A DNA stretch of 64,000 nucleotides from the human T2T-CHM13v2.0 reference genome, Homo sapiens (GCF_009914755.1 NC_060933.1); one strand, 5' to 3'. Numbered from the stretch's first letter, positions 43,573 to 60,884 are shown. Numbers and translations: made by a program. The notes: generated by a model from the sequence alone, not told the origin.

Positions 43573-44228
43573 TGTTAGGGAAATAAGTAAAGATAAAGTT
43601 GCCTACCAACATAGTGAATCAGTTTCACAAGGTAGAAATGAAATAGTCTTATTATGGAATAAGTATTAAGCCAGACTGTGATGTACATTTCAGGCAATCG
43701 CTAATGTGATTGCAAAGATAAAGAAATTTCATCCATTTATATAGCCAGGCAGATACAACCCATTACATACATGTTCTAAAGATAAAGGACAACTTGTCCT
43801 CAAGTAAGAGGACTTGACAGCGCCTTTTGCTACACAGCCCATCTTACATTCACCTGGTGATTGGGGAGGCACACTCCTTTATGCAAAGGAAAACTAAACT
43901 CCATGTCTCTTTGACAAGTGGGTAGTTGCAACTTGGAGCCAGGCACCTACGTTAAACTCCCACGGAGACAAGGAGATAGGAGCACTGCCTTTCTTGGTGT
44001 TTACATTTCAAAGAAATGTCTCCAAGGTCCTCAAGAAAAACACTCCTGGAAACAAGAAAGAGGCTAAATAAGATTTTGTTTGTTTGTTTGTTTGTTTGAA
44101 GATTTTAAAGATGTACAATTACAAGTTTTCTGAAAGAAATGCTCTAAGGAAAAAAAGTGAATGACAGTGTGTATCCCTTTTAGCACTAAGAAAGCTTTTG
44201 TTTGTTTTGGTTTGTGTTTACCCTTACA
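43573..44228 (-). mobile_element. ERV1 solo LTR (MER67/MER31-like)
   Basis: TG...CA termini with a 4-bp TSD CCAG (43569-43572 and 44229-44232); contains the tttacatttcaaaga and aaatgctctaagg blocks. Confidence 0.75.
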
Positions 44229-45249
44229 CCAGTAAGGCCTGTTTAAAGAAGTACCACACATTTATAGTCAGAAAAGAGATGCCGACTAGCTAAACTTTTC
44301 AATATCCAAAGGGAAAGGCAAATCCCTTCTCTGTACACACTTTGCATCTCTATGGACAAGCATTATTTGCATTATTATCAATGTTCTGCAAGTTAACTTC
44401 TGTCACTACACAGCTGTAAAGTAACTAGTCCAAGATGATGGTTTACAATCCCGTAATATCAGCTGATCTTTCCATTGAAAAGATACCCAGTAATCTCCTT
44501 TGCCCATTTCAAAGACTGCCCTCAATTTTTTTCCTACAGTAGTTGGTTCAGTTTTACTGCTGATGAGTTGCATATATTCTGGATTCAATGAAGTGCTGAA
44601 CAAGCACTTCATCCAGTTCTGGGTTGCACAATAACTAGAATTAAATATAATTAAAGTTCTTAAATCTCATCAGGATTTTGCTTTAGCTCATGGCTTTGTG
44701 AGTATGATATTTTGCCTCTGCAGTTAAAATGTTGTAGTTGTTAACAAGAGATCATCTTCATATCAAATGTGTTTAAAATAACATCTATGTTGTGGGCAAT
44801 TAATTTAGTAACTTCTCATTGAAATATTTACAGATTCTACTGTATCTGATTTTCTTGTGCATAAACTATGGCCAAAGGCCAAATACAACCTAATAGAAAA
44901 CAAAAAGAAAACAAATGTGGATGATAGACATGAAAACAGTTATACAAAGATCTGCTTTTATTTGTCAAAAGATATTCTTAAAGAGGGCACTTTTTGCAGT
45001 TATAAAAAGAACATGTCAAAGATTTTGTTTAACTCATTAGTTTATGAGGGAATCAGTAAGATGTTACTGCTGCAATGATTTTGTGTATAATGTAAAACTG
45101 GCTTATTCCATGGGATGGGGTAGAGGAACCAGGAAGAAGTTCAGTTGTATTTCTGCCAGACAAAATTCATTTGCATGTCTATGGACAATAATCATTTGCC
45201 TGCTTTCAATTTTCTACAATTCACAGGGTGGTAAAGAATTCAAAGAAGG

Positions 45250-45594
<345 letters not shown>

Positions 45595-46302
45595 TCATAT
45601 AATCCTCCAGATTGTGTTTAGACAATGCCTAGTTTTACATTGAAGACATCCAGAATCTTGGTTGATTTTAAAGAATAATTTATTTCCTTACACTTTATTA
45701 CTACTTCTGTTTCTGTTTCATACATCACTGAAGGTTAAAAGGGAAAGCTAAAATATTAATGTTAATGTTTAATTTTTAAGAAGTACTACATTTGAAATGC
45801 TAATAATATACTAACTTCACATAAATGCATGTTAGGAAGAAAAATAAATGAAGCATAGAGTCATTTTAATAATTTACAGGTTTCCCAAGACTATCAAGTA
45901 AAATGTTAACTTTATAGGAAAATTTCTGTTAGTCTAAAGTTTATTATAATATATGTAACTTCTGAAATAGTTTCAATCTTGGCCTAATTTTAAACTTCAG
46001 TGCAAAGTTAATTTAATAGGCTTCATGAAGCTAATCTTATTTTTAGCCCATTTATTGGCATGTATCTTTGACATATTATCAGGTAAAAGAAAGCACGGAA
46101 TACCTCTAGTGATTTTAAATACCTTAACATTTAAATTTACCATCAAAGACAATTCATTATGTTACCAAATTATTTGACAAGATTAATTTCATAATTACTA
46201 CTAAGAATCATAATGTGGATGTGAGTGTAAATATATAAAAATATTGTACATATATAAAGTACAACTCCAGTTCTTTCCTAAGCATTTTTTATCAAATATT
46301 AA

Positions 46303-46618
<316 letters not shown>

Positions 46619-47467
46619 AAATAATAACTTTTAAAAGACAGTATAATTATATCTATAATAATAATTTAATTCAGAAACACACGAATATATGTTAAAGATT
46701 TTAACTAATCAATGAAGAAACCAGTAAGATGTTACAATCAGTTCAGAGGATAATTCAAAGTACTACACATACAGGCAGATAAGAAATGCCAAAATGAATT
46801 ACAGACAGATATGAAATGGTTCAGTAAGCAACTGCACCTCGCTAGGCACAAGTCATTTGTATTTCTATGGGTACAAGTCATTTTGCATTACTATCAGTTT
46901 TCTACAGTTTACAGGGCTGTAAAATAGCTCAGACAGTGAAAGCAGGGTTTACCTTAATTAATGGGTGCAGTAAGCCAGACATCCAGTGATCTTCCATTTC
47001 AAATCCTGTCACACCCCATAAGTATGTGCAATTTTGTGTCAACTTTTTCTAAAAAAACCTTTTCACAATCATTCTTGACATATTTTTTATCAACTCACTT
47101 TCTTGATTCTTGTAAAATGTTTTTGTTAGATTCAGTAAAGCAAGTAAGTTTTGCATTTGAAGATTAAACCAAACTGTGTTGTTTTTATCCCATTGTAAAG
47201 GCTTCTACTGTATATATTTGATAATTAAATTCTAGTTACTTTAAGCAAATTACCAGAATTTGTTACAGTGATTCTTCAGAAAGAGTAATATTTTTATTCA
47301 TGTGTTATTTTCGTAATAAATGAAATTTTTAAATTAAAGATAGGTGGTTAATGTTTTTTTCAGTGATACATGAACATGTAAATACCACTCTTCTCTGACT
47401 TATTCAGTGATCTGAATCAAATTGTTTTCAAGTGTTTACAGAGCTCATAATTTAGAGTTGTCTCTGA

Positions 47468-47695
<228 letters not shown>

Positions 47696-48269
47696 TGAGT
47701 CTCTAGTCAAATTTAAACCAAGTTGATACTAAGAAATAATTTATCTCTAGCCATGAAATTAATACCTTTTGAGTTTGTAAAAAACATGAAACATTTAATC
47801 AATTTTTCTTCCCAATACAAAAATAAGTATCTGCAGAAAGTTTACTTGCTGTTTAAATAACTTCATATTTTCATTTAACATTAAAAGAAAAATATATTTG
47901 AGCTACATGTAGTAAATAAGTGGAAACTTTCAAACAATATCATAGTCATATCTCTACAACAGATAAATCCATTTATACTTCTAACAGTTAGCTCATAAAA
48001 ACAAAACAAATCGTACTGTCTGAAGTCATTGGCTTACATAAAATATTACTTATATATTTAAGTCCACATCTAAATCTATACTATTGAATCATTATTAGTA
48101 CACAGCTCAGTTTATAGATAGATGGATAAATATTTTTTACATGGAGAAGGCGTAATAGGAAATATCATACTGATTATGAAGTACTTTCAAAACATTGACA
48201 ATGTAAACAAATATTAATTAATAGGAGACAAGCATATTAAATGAATCCAGTATAATTGGTGTTACACTG

Positions 48270-48616
48270 GTGCAAAGTATTGAATGTTTGCTTCCCCACC
48301 CCAGATTCATATGTTGAAATCCTGACCCCAAAGTCATGGTGTCAGGAGGCTTTGGAGGGTAATTAAGTCAGGAGGGTGGAGCCCTAATGAATGGAATTAG
48401 TGCCCTTATAAAAGAGGCCCAAGAGAACTCCCTTGCCTTTCCTGCCATGTGAAGTTATAAGGCGAAGACTGTGGTCTGTGAAGCAGACACTGCATCTGCT
48501 TTGCCTCAAACTCAGACTTAGACTTTCCAGCATCCAGACTGAGAGAAATAACTGTTTGTTGTATAAGCCACTCTGTTCATGGGGTTCTGTTAATAGCAGC
48601 CCAAACTGACTATGAG
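48270..48616 (+). mobile_element. MaLR LTR (MLT1A-like)
   Basis: attcatatgttgaaatcct...ggtggagccctaatgaatgg...agcagcccaaactgact. Confidence 0.8.
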
Positions 48617-49246
48617 AACTCATACAGCTAAAGAAATGGAAACAAGTGGATCTTTTGATTATAAAGGAAGTTTGGATTTTTTTAAATTAAAAGAACCACT
48701 AGGAATAACAGCAAAACCCTGCTATGTATTCTAGAATGCTCCTGTGAATCCAAAGATTATGCTTTTATATCTGGAAACCACAGTTAAGAGAAACAATCAT
48801 GTGAGAAAACTTATCACATGGGGGCATGGATGCCTGTACATTACAGCATTCTGTTATCATCCCATATCACCACATATATGATAAGAAAACTCACTCTCAA
48901 GTAAGAAAGTTTTCAACTAGGTACGAAATTCCATGCTGGACACAGATACAGAGAGCCACTTGCACTGTACCTAAACACTGAAGTGTTACTGAGGTAACTT
49001 AATTACTTGTAATTCTTACTGGAAAGGTAAATATATTCAGCCTTTCTTAGTAATAAAAATTATATGTAAACAGAAATATAGATCTAGTAATAGAAGACTT
49101 GTTATATACATGCAGTCCTATACATTGCATTTTACCTCATCAGTATTTGTGGTATTTCGCAAAGAATATATACTTTTCCAAATATACAGCCACAGACATT
49201 CAAAGACTTCACTGAGCTGTCCTCTGGCACACAGGTGTATTTAAAT

Positions 49247-49643
49247 TGTTAAAGAAAATTAAAATGGCCTGAGGTATCTCTGACCAGACAAAGCCTTGTA
49301 AGTGGCCTTAACTTTGCTTGATTTACCAATATAAGCAAAACTTAACTTGAGCTATTTCTTGTAAATGGCTTTAAAAATAAAAAAAGTCAAACTTAAGGCT
49401 AACCAATCAGAAGCCAATTAACTTATATAACTAGAGACTTTCCAGCAGGATCAACCAAATAAGGCAATTGTATAACTACAACCAGTGAAAAATTTGCTAC
49501 TATATTTACCTTACAGAAGCTGTCCCTTTTTGTTCCCTTGAAAGGGTCCCTGAACCAGTTCCCATTTGAAGCTGCTTCAACAGTGATTCATGAATCACTG
49601 TTAGCTCAAATAAACTTTTGTGCCTCCATTTACCTTTTATTAA
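49247..49643 (+). mobile_element. ERV1 solo LTR (MER57-like)
   Basis: tgttaaa start, aaccaatcag, caaataaggcaa, gattcatgaatc...gctcaaataaac. Confidence 0.65.
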
Positions 49644-49717
49644 TGGATACATTTATATCTGTAGTTGGATGCTTTTTTCCTCTAAGCAGACACAAAGTAA
49701 ACCTGAAGAGCTTAAGA

Positions 49718-50030
49718 TTTTTATTTATTTATTTATTTTTATTTTTTGAGGCGGAGTCTCGCTGTGTCCCCCAGGCTGGAGTGCAGTGGCGCGATCTCGG
49801 CTCACTGCAAGCTCTGCCCTGCCAGGTTCACGCCATTCTCCTGCCTCAGCCTCCTGAGTAGCTGGGACTACAGGCACCCACCATCACATCTGGCTAATTT
49901 TTTGTATTTTTAGTAGAGACGGGGTTTTCACCATGTTAGCCAGGATGGTCTCGATCTCCTGACCTTGTGATTCGACCGCCTCGGCCTCCCAAAGTTCTGG
50001 GATTACAGGCGTGAGCCACTGTGCCAGGCC
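49718..50030 (-). mobile_element. Alu (AluY-like)
   Basis: Full dimer with TSD aagattttt. Confidence 0.95.
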
Positions 50031-50588
50031 AAGATTTTTAAAATTAGTTAATGCCTTGGTGTATCTTGAGTGGATGATAACATAGGAGTCCTCAGAAAAA
50101 TGCAGCCATGCCCGCCAGCCTTTTCAGAAGAACGAAGTTGGCTTAAGGAATCATCATCGGTCCAAGATTGTTAGTGATCTGAGAAATTTCATGTGCTGAG
50201 GATGATGCCAAATTAAGGGTTTCCAAGTATGAGTACCAGGATACCTCCTATACCTGCTCTCAGCCATATGTGGTATCGACAATTGCCTCTAACAAAATTT
50301 TTCCAAACCAAGTAGAAGAAAACAGTAAACGGAACAGAGATTTTTTTTTTATTAGGATGGGACTGAAATCTGTCCCTCCTTCAGGATGAGGGCTGTAATC
50401 TGTGTGACAGAAACAGATGACAGAGTTTGATCCACACTACTTTGTTTTCAGAATTGCTAGCCCAGATGGAATAGGTCCAGAAAGAAACTAATGAAATAAG
50501 CAATAGAAAATCTCAAACATTATAGTCTTTGACAATGTATATTCATATATAATTCCCATTTCCTACAGAAAATACGTGATGCTTCTCT

Positions 50589-53113
50589 CTTTTTTTTTAA
50601 ACTTATTTTAGGTTCAGAGGTATACATGTTCAGGTTTTTTATATAGGTAAATTGCATGTAATGGGGGCTTGGGGTACAGATTATTCCATCACCCAGGTAA
50701 TGAGCATAGTACCTAGTAGGTAGTTTTTCGATCTTCACCCTCCTCCCACCCTCCACCCTCAAGTAGGCTGTGGTGTCTATTGTTCCCTTCTTTGTGTCCA
50801 TGGGTACTCAATACTAAGCTCCCACTCATAAGTCAGAATACATGGTATTTGGTTTTCTGTTCCTGTGTTAGTTCACTTTGGATAATGGCCTCCAGCTCCA
50901 TCCATGTTGCTACAAAGGACATTATCTCATTTTTTTTATGGCTACATAGTATTCCATGGTATATATGTACATTTTCTTTACGCTACCGTTGATGGGTATT
51001 TAGGTTGATTCTATGTCATTGCTATTGTGAATGAACATGCACGTCTGTGTGTCTTTATGGTAGAAAGATTATTATTCCTTTGGGTGTGTACTCAATGGGG
51101 TTGCTGGGTCGAGTGGCAGCTCTGCTTTAAGTTCTTTGAGAAATCACGAAACTGCTTGCTGCAATGGCTGAACTAATGTATAATTCCCCCAGCAGTGTAT
51201 AAGCACTCCCTTTTCTCCACAGCTTTACCAGCACCTGTTATTTTTCGCCTTTTAAATAATAGCAATTCTGACTGGTGTGAGATGGTATCTCATTGTGGTT
51301 TTGATATGCATTTATCTCATGACTAGTGATGCTGAGGAGTTTTTCTTATGCTTGTTGGCCACATGTATGTCTTCTTTTGAAAAGTGTCTGTTCACGTCCT
51401 TTGCCCGTTTTTTAATGGGGTAGGTTTTTTTTTCTTTCTTGTTAAGTTCCTTATAGATTCCAGACATTAGACCTTTGTCAGATGCATAATTTGTGAATAT
51501 TTTCTTCCAGTAGGTTGTCTGTTTACTCTGTGGATAGTTTCTTTTGCTGTGCAGAAACCCTTTAGTTTAATTAGGTCCCATTTGTCAACTTTTGTTTTTG
51601 TTGCAATTGCTTTCGGTGTCTTTGTCATGAAATTTTTGCCATGTCCTGTGTCCAAAATGACATTTCCTATATTTCCTAGGTTATCTTCCAGGATTTTTGT
51701 AGTTATAGGCTTTACTTTTTTTTTTTTTTTTTGAGACTTTAGAGTCAGTCTCACCTGTTGCCCAGGCTGGAGTGCAATGACACGATACAGCCTCAACCTC
51801 CCAGGCTTAAGAGGTTCCCCCGCCTCAGCCTCCTGATTAGCCTGGACTACAGGCACGTGCCACCACATTCAGCTAATTTTTTATTATTATTATTATTATT
51901 ATTATTGTTTGTAGAGACGAGGTCTCGTTATGTTGCCCAGGCTTGTCTCAAACTCCGAGGTTCAAGCTATCCTCCCACCTCACCCTCCCAAAGTGTTGGG
52001 ATTATAGGCATGAGCCACTGCACCTGACAGGTTTTACATTTTATTCTTTAATCCATCTTGAGTTGATTTTTGTATATGGTGTAAGGAAGGGGTCTAGGAA
52101 CTGCTTATGGTTAGCCAGTTATCCCAGCACCATTTATTGAATAGGGAGTCCTTTCCCTACTGCATGTTTTTGTCGACTTTGTTGAAGATCAAATGGTTGT
52201 AAGTGTGTGGCATTATTTCTGGGCGCTCTATTCTGTTCCATTGGTCTGTGTATCTGTTTTTGTACCAGTACTATGCTATTTTGGTTACTATAGCCTTGTA
52301 GTAGAGGTTGAAGTTGGCTAACGAAATGCCTCCAGATTTGTTCTTTTTGCCTTGGATTCCCTTGGCTATTCAGGCTCTTTTTTGGTTCTATATTAATTTT
52401 AAAATAGTTTTTACTGGTTCTTTGAAGAATGCCATTGGTGATTTGATAGGAATAGCATTGAATCTATAAATTGCTTTGGGCAGTATGGCCCAATATGGTT
52501 AAAAACCATATTTATTATTCCTATCCATGATTATGGAATGTTTTTCCATTTGTATGTCATCTGTGATTTCTTTGAGCAGTATTTTGTAATTCTTCTTGTA
52601 GAGATCATTCATCTCCCTGGTTAGCTGTATTTCTAGGTAGTTTATTCTTTTTGTGGTCATTGCGAATAGGATTGCATTCTTGATTTGGCTCTCAGCTTGC
52701 ATGTTGTTGGTATATAGGAATGCTACTAATTTTTGTACATTAATTTTGTATCCTGAAACTTTGCTGAGATTATCAGATCGAGAAGCTTTTGGGCAGAGAC
52801 GATGGGGTTTTGTAGGTACAGAATCATATCATCTGCAAACAGAGACAGTTTGACCTCTTTTTCTCCTGTTTAGATGCCTTTTGTTTCTCTCTCTTGCCTG
52901 ATTGCTCTGGCGAGGACATCCAGTACTATGTTGGGTAGGAATAATGAGAGACGGTATCCCTGTCTTGTCCCAGTTTTCAAGGGGAATGCTTCACATCTTT
53001 TGCCCGTTCAGTATGATGCTGGCTGTGGGTTTGTCATAGGTGGCTCTTACTATGTTGAAGTATGTTCCTCCAATGCCTCATTTGTTGAGGGTTTTTAACA
53101 TGAAGGGATGTTG
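50589..53113 (-). mobile_element. 5'-truncated L1 (older L1PA/L1PB type), with a nested AluJ at about 51716-52027
   Basis: ORF2 remnants ([38 protein letters not shown]), 3' UTR, and a TSD of about 21 bp, agaaaatac(g/c)tgatgcttctct. Confidence 0.93.
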
Positions 53114-53187
53114 AGAAAATACCTGATGCTTCTCTAGAGACAAATATATGAAAGCAAACAACATTTCATGAAGGAATGAGGAATATT

Positions 53188-53763
53188 TTGTGGCAGCAAG
53201 AATGAGAATGACTCTCCAAGATGCCCTGGAAACTGAATATGTTACATCACATAAGGGATTTTGCAGATGTAATTAAGGTTGCAGACCTTAGGAGATGATC
53301 GTGATTCATGCAGTGGGCTCCATGTAATCACATGAGCACTTAAGAGATTTAACTCTGGTTGGAGGCAGAAGAGACACAGAAGAGAGGTGTGGGTGAGGGG
53401 AAGCCAGAGAAACTAGAAGCAGGAGAATGTCTCTCTGCACCATTGCTGGTTTAGAAAATAAACTGGGCACTATGAAGAGCAACGCAGGCAGCCTGACATT
53501 GCTGAGAGGCCCCAACTACCAGCCAGTAATGAATTGGGACCTCACTCCTACAACTACAAGAAGTTGAATTCTGCTCTAACCTGTATGTGCTTGGACACAC
53601 ATTCTGCCCTAGGGCCTTCATAAGGAGCCCAAGAGCACCTTGATTTTGTCCTTGTAAGACTATAAGCAGAGTCATCAGTCCAGCCCTCCCACACTTCTAA
53701 AGTGAGAGATAATAAAGAGAATGTTTTAGTAATTTGTTACAGTGATGATTAAAAGCTGATACA
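53188..53763 (+). mobile_element. MaLR LTR (MLT1D/E-like)
   Basis: tgtggcag...gattttgcagatgtaattaaggtt...aatttgttacag...ctgataca. Confidence 0.75.
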
Positions 53764-53916
53764 CATTCCAACCTCCATCAGATCCATTTACAGACATTCC
53801 CATTCAGTTCTAAACCCTTGGACAATGGCCAAAAAAAAAAAAAAAAAAAAAAAAGGTTTCCTCAAACACACCCTGAGAATATACTGAAAAAGATTACATA
53901 TATATATATATATCTT

Positions 53917-54131
53917 AGGTGGTGGCCCACGCCTGTAATCCCAGCAATCTGGGAGGCTGAGGCCGGCGGATCACCTGAGATCAGGAGTTGAAGACGAGCC
54001 TGGCTAAAATGGTGAAACCCTGTATCTACAAAAATACACACACAAAAAAAATTTAGCCGGGCATGATGGCAGGTGCCTGTAATCCCAGCTACTTGGGAGG
54101 CTGAGGCAGGATAATCACTTGAAAAAAAAAA
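53917..54131 (+). mobile_element. Truncated Alu flanked by AT-rich microsatellites
   Basis: Left arm plus part of the right arm, ending at atcacttga. Confidence 0.85.
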
Positions 54132-54504
54132 ATATATATATATAAAAAAAATATTTTTTAAAAATATATATATATAAAATATTTTTTAAATATATATATG
54201 ACCAAAGAGAATAGTTTCAACAGAAAGTCAAAATAGCCAACACAGTTTCTGTGTTTTGTTTTGTTTGGATTGTGTATGGCCTTCGAGTGAAGTAACATAC
54301 ATGATAATGAACCATATAGGGACACAGTGACAGAAATGGGAAGGCTGATCCATGATCATATATGCATACATAGATACACTATGGATTCCAAAGTCCCCTT
54401 TGACCTGAAAGTGTGAGAAGAGCCCATAACCCATTTGAAACAGATACGCAGCAACCACAACCCAAATTGTATATGCATAAGTAAAGTTGTCCTTATTTCA
54501 GAGA

Positions 54505-54770
54505 TGATATTATGGATTGAATTGTTTTCCCTCAAATTCATATGAACTCCAGAATGTGACCTTGTTTGGAGATAAGATCTTTGCAGAGGTAATCAAGTTA
54601 AAATGAGGTCATTAAGGTGAGCTCCAATCCAATATGACCAGTGTCCTTATGAAAAATGGAAATGGAGGTGCAGAGACACACAGAGAAGGAAGACGCTGGG
54701 ACAACATGCAGGAACAACGCCTCAGGAAGACAGAGGCCTAGACTGTTACACCTGCAAGGCCAGGGCTGTT
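54505..54770 (+). mobile_element. MaLR LTR fragment (MLT1B/C-like)
   Basis: tttgcagaggtaatcaagttaaaatgaggtcatt...aatccaatatgaccagtgtcctta. Confidence 0.75.
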
Positions 54771-54864
54771 TACTGGGTTCCTCCCTGACCCCACATCCCA
54801 CCTGGGGCTGAACCCGACCCAGACCTTACCACCCACTGCTGCTACACTGCCATAAATCCCTTTT

Positions 54865-55105
54865 TCAAAAAAATTAAAATATTTATTTGACAAATAAAAA
54901 TTCTATATATTTAAGGTATACTATGTGACGATTTGATATAGGTATACACTGTGTTCTGATTACCACAGTCAAGTTGATTAACACATCCATCACATCACAC
55001 ATAGTTACCATGTTGATGGCAGAGGGGAGTGAAGTCATTGAAAATCTGCTCTCTTACCAAATTCCAGGTAAATAACACAGTATCATTATGTATCACCATG
55101 CTGGA
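54865..55105 (-). mobile_element. L1MA-type 3' end fragment
   Basis: tatatatttaaggtatac...ccacagtcaag...aacacatccatcac...aaaatctgctctcttacc. Confidence 0.7.
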
Positions 55106-55899
55106 TCATCATGCTGGATCCCTTTTGTTTCATGGGGTTGTATCACCATGAAACAGTATCACCATGCTGGATCCCTTTTGTTTCATGGGGTTGTTGAAAA
55201 AAGACTACAAATCAAGGACTGAAATGCATGTCTTCCAGATAGGCCTAAATAAAAGATCACACTCAGGAACCGATTTTAAATAGACCACCCTTTATGAAGC
55301 TTCCCTTCATCACTGTGCCCAACGGAATTGTAACAGTGTGAAATGAGTGCCACTACCTTTTCCACTGCTTTATGTGCTGGTTTTATTGCACCATACAGGT
55401 ATCCCTAGAGCCTCGGCTCCTCTGGAGCATCTTATTGATTTCCCACTGCCGCATGAAGAAAGGCCATGCTTTGCCCAAAGTGACTAATAGTTTTACTCAG
55501 TCGGTTATTTCAACTTATTTTTATTGCCCAGTAATGATGCAGTGAAACATTTTACCAAGTCAGGGAGCGCATCAGCCTTTCCTAGACAATAATAAACAGA
55601 ATATTTGCCAGCTCAGTCAATGATTGAGTACAGCCAAGAGACACTGCAGCCTAAGAGAGGGCAGTCAGAGTGGGGAGGTCACAGAAGGGTGCAATAAATC
55701 TTCTGCCCAGGGATGTTTACTCAGAAAGTCCTTGGTCATTAGAAATGTCATTTAACTCTGTAAATAATAAGATACATTTGCTAATCAATGCTTGAGGTGC
55801 TTCTTGAGAGTATTAGTATAGTTTTGCATTTTACTGTTTTTTTTTTTCCAGAATCCTTTTAAAATTATGTTGGAGACAGCACAATATGAAAGTAAAATT

Positions 55900-56204
55900 C
55901 GGCCAGGCACAGTGGCTCACGCCTGTAATCCCAGCACTTTGGGAGGCCTAGGCAGGTGGATCACAAGGTCAGGAGATCGAGACCATCCTGGCTAACACGG
56001 TGAAACCCCGTCTCTACTAAAAATACAAAAAAAAAAAAATTAGCTGGGCATGGTGGTGGGCGCCTGTAGTCCCAGCTTCCCAGGAGGCTGAGGCAGGAGA
56101 ATGGCATGAACCTGGGAGGCAGAGCTTATACAGTGAGCTGAGACTGCGCCACTGCACTCCAGCCTGGGTGACAGAGTGAGACGCCGTCTCAAAAAAAAAA
56201 AAAA
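55900..56204 (+). mobile_element. Alu (AluY-like)
   Basis: Full dimer with TSD-like gtaaaa(t/c)tc. Confidence 0.95.
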
Positions 56205-56891
56205 GGTAAAACTCATCCCTAAAATTGGCTGTCAGCATGGAAATTATAAAACTCATTTTCTAAACTCTAACAGTCCTTCAGAGCAAACTTTCCAAGAGCA
56301 ACTGTGAAAACAGACAATGTCAATCTGCAAAGTTTCTGATTGTTTTCTTTCCTCATATTCCGAGGTGTGCATATGTGCCTCAAATTGTATTAAAACATTT
56401 GCTATAGATGACAGATTTTATAACAAAAAACAAATAAGCCAATATATCCAAGACCTATCATTTCAAAGGTAAAATATTTAGGAAGCACTAAAAGGGATAA
56501 GAATGAAAGTACTATTCATTTTTTTAAGTGATACTAAATAAAGTTGATTACAGAAAATGATTTGTCAAAGTATAAATATAGTATCACCTTTAGGGTTTAA
56601 ATTCTACAGGTGAGATTATTCAAGAGCCCATTTCCATAAATATATACATGCTAATGTGAGAAATGCTTTTGAGTTATTTTTATGCATATCATAATTTTAT
56701 TCATTTTTACTGTGAAATAGATCATATATGTACAGTTAAAAATATTGCTAATTTTTCAAAAGAATGTATATATTGTTACATGAATATACCACATTTTATC
56801 AGTTCTACTGTCCCATTTTGCTATTGTTAGGCAATTTTCATTTTTGCTTTTAAATTTGCTTTATAAAATTTAGGGGGGTGGTGTTTCGTTG

Positions 56892-57191
56892 TTTTGCTTT
56901 TTTTTTAGACAGGGAGTCACTCTGTTGCCCAGGCTGGAGTGCAATGGAGCAATCACAGCTCACTGCAGCCTCTGCCTCTCCAAGCTCAAGCACTTCTTCC
57001 ACCTCAGCCTCTGGAGTAGCTGGGACTGCAGGCCTGCACCACCACACCCAGCTAATTTTTGTTGTTGTTGTTTTTCTTCGTATTTTGTAGAGACAGAGTT
57101 TTGCCACGTTGTTCAGGTTGGTCTGAGGTGATCCATCCACCTCAGCCTCCCAAAGTGCCAGGATTACAGGCATGAGCCACCATGCCCAGCC
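56892..57191 (-). mobile_element. Alu (AluJ-like) within an old antisense L1 fragment
   Basis: Alu dimer with TSD taaaatttag. Confidence 0.88.
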
Positions 57192-57848
57192 TAAAATTTA
57201 GTTTTTAAAATATTCTTAACATACCTAGTTTTTCCAGTGAATTTTGCATTCCTTGTGTGTGCTTTTGTAACTTTATTTACCCATCTGTATAGTAAACTTC
57301 GGGAAACACCAGCTCTAACCACCATGTTTAACAGCATAAGCTGGTTGTTAAATTTTACTGATGTATATAAACCCAAAATAGATCATTTCTTCACATAGAA
57401 ACAGCCTTTGGTTCCGCTAGTATTCATTACTCATTTTAGTAATTTAAAGACCACATGACCCAAATTCTTCTTGAATGCTGTGCAGTGCACTGAAAGAGAC
57501 TAATAAGCCCTTTTCTGTTTTCTAAGCAAATTTACTTCTTGGGATATTTCTGTTCATACGGTTTCCTATGACACATAGCATCACTAAGAGTCAAATAAGT
57601 GAAACTGAAAAGATTAAAATTAATCCTGTAATCCAGTTTTAATAATGAGTTCATTTCATTATGTTTCTTTTTCCTTTCCATTTGTTTTATACTGGCCTGG
57701 AGAAAACAGGCTTGATGGATAAAATCCACAGTATTTTCTTCCTAACTAGCTTATATATTTAGAATGGCCTGAATATGTACAGCTTCAGACACTAACTTCA
57801 TTCCTACAGTATAATATCTACCAATGATTGAAACTAGTCAGCTGCACG

Positions 57849-60021
<2,173 letters not shown>

Positions 60022-60582
60022 CTATACTGTCATTTGTCCATTCTTTTTTTTCTGGTCTGTGATTTCATCTTTTTGAAGAAGTGTTTTTCAAGCAGCACTC
60101 TGTACGGTTGCAGGTTGTGCATATAGCCTGCATTTTTTTGCATTCATGCCTGAAATAGAGATTGACTGAAGGTCAAATTCTTTTAAACTTACCTTTATGG
60201 AATCTTTCTGCTATTCAATGCCATGCCTCCTTCCATGATATTGAGAATACAAAATTGACTGTTGTGTCGCCAGTCCTCACATCCTTCTTGTAGGAATCTG
60301 CTAGACCAAGAACTTGTGGCAACACTGCATTGAAGTCTGTCACTGCAATAACACACAGTGACAATTTTCTTGCCAACCTCATATGCTTACACAAGTGAAA
60401 ATAACCGGGCTAAAATTTTCATGGGTCTTAATATCTTTATTTGTTTGATTTCATATCCATGCAGTACTTTATGATTAGAATTTGTCCTGAAAGTTTCATA
60501 ACTTTTTGCGGGACACCTGGATTTATTTTAGTTTTTTTTTTCTAACAGAGTTATCGAATTCATTTTCTTTTAAGAATAACCT

Positions 60583-60884
<302 letters not shown>

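Noticed and set aside
57480-57560. ALKETNKPFSVF*ANLLLG, faintly like the vomeronasal-2 receptor motif AIEEINxNxxLLPNxTLG; weak echoes at 59520-59660
   Set aside because: Needs several frameshifts and the spacing does not fit. It cannot be supported without tBLASTn.
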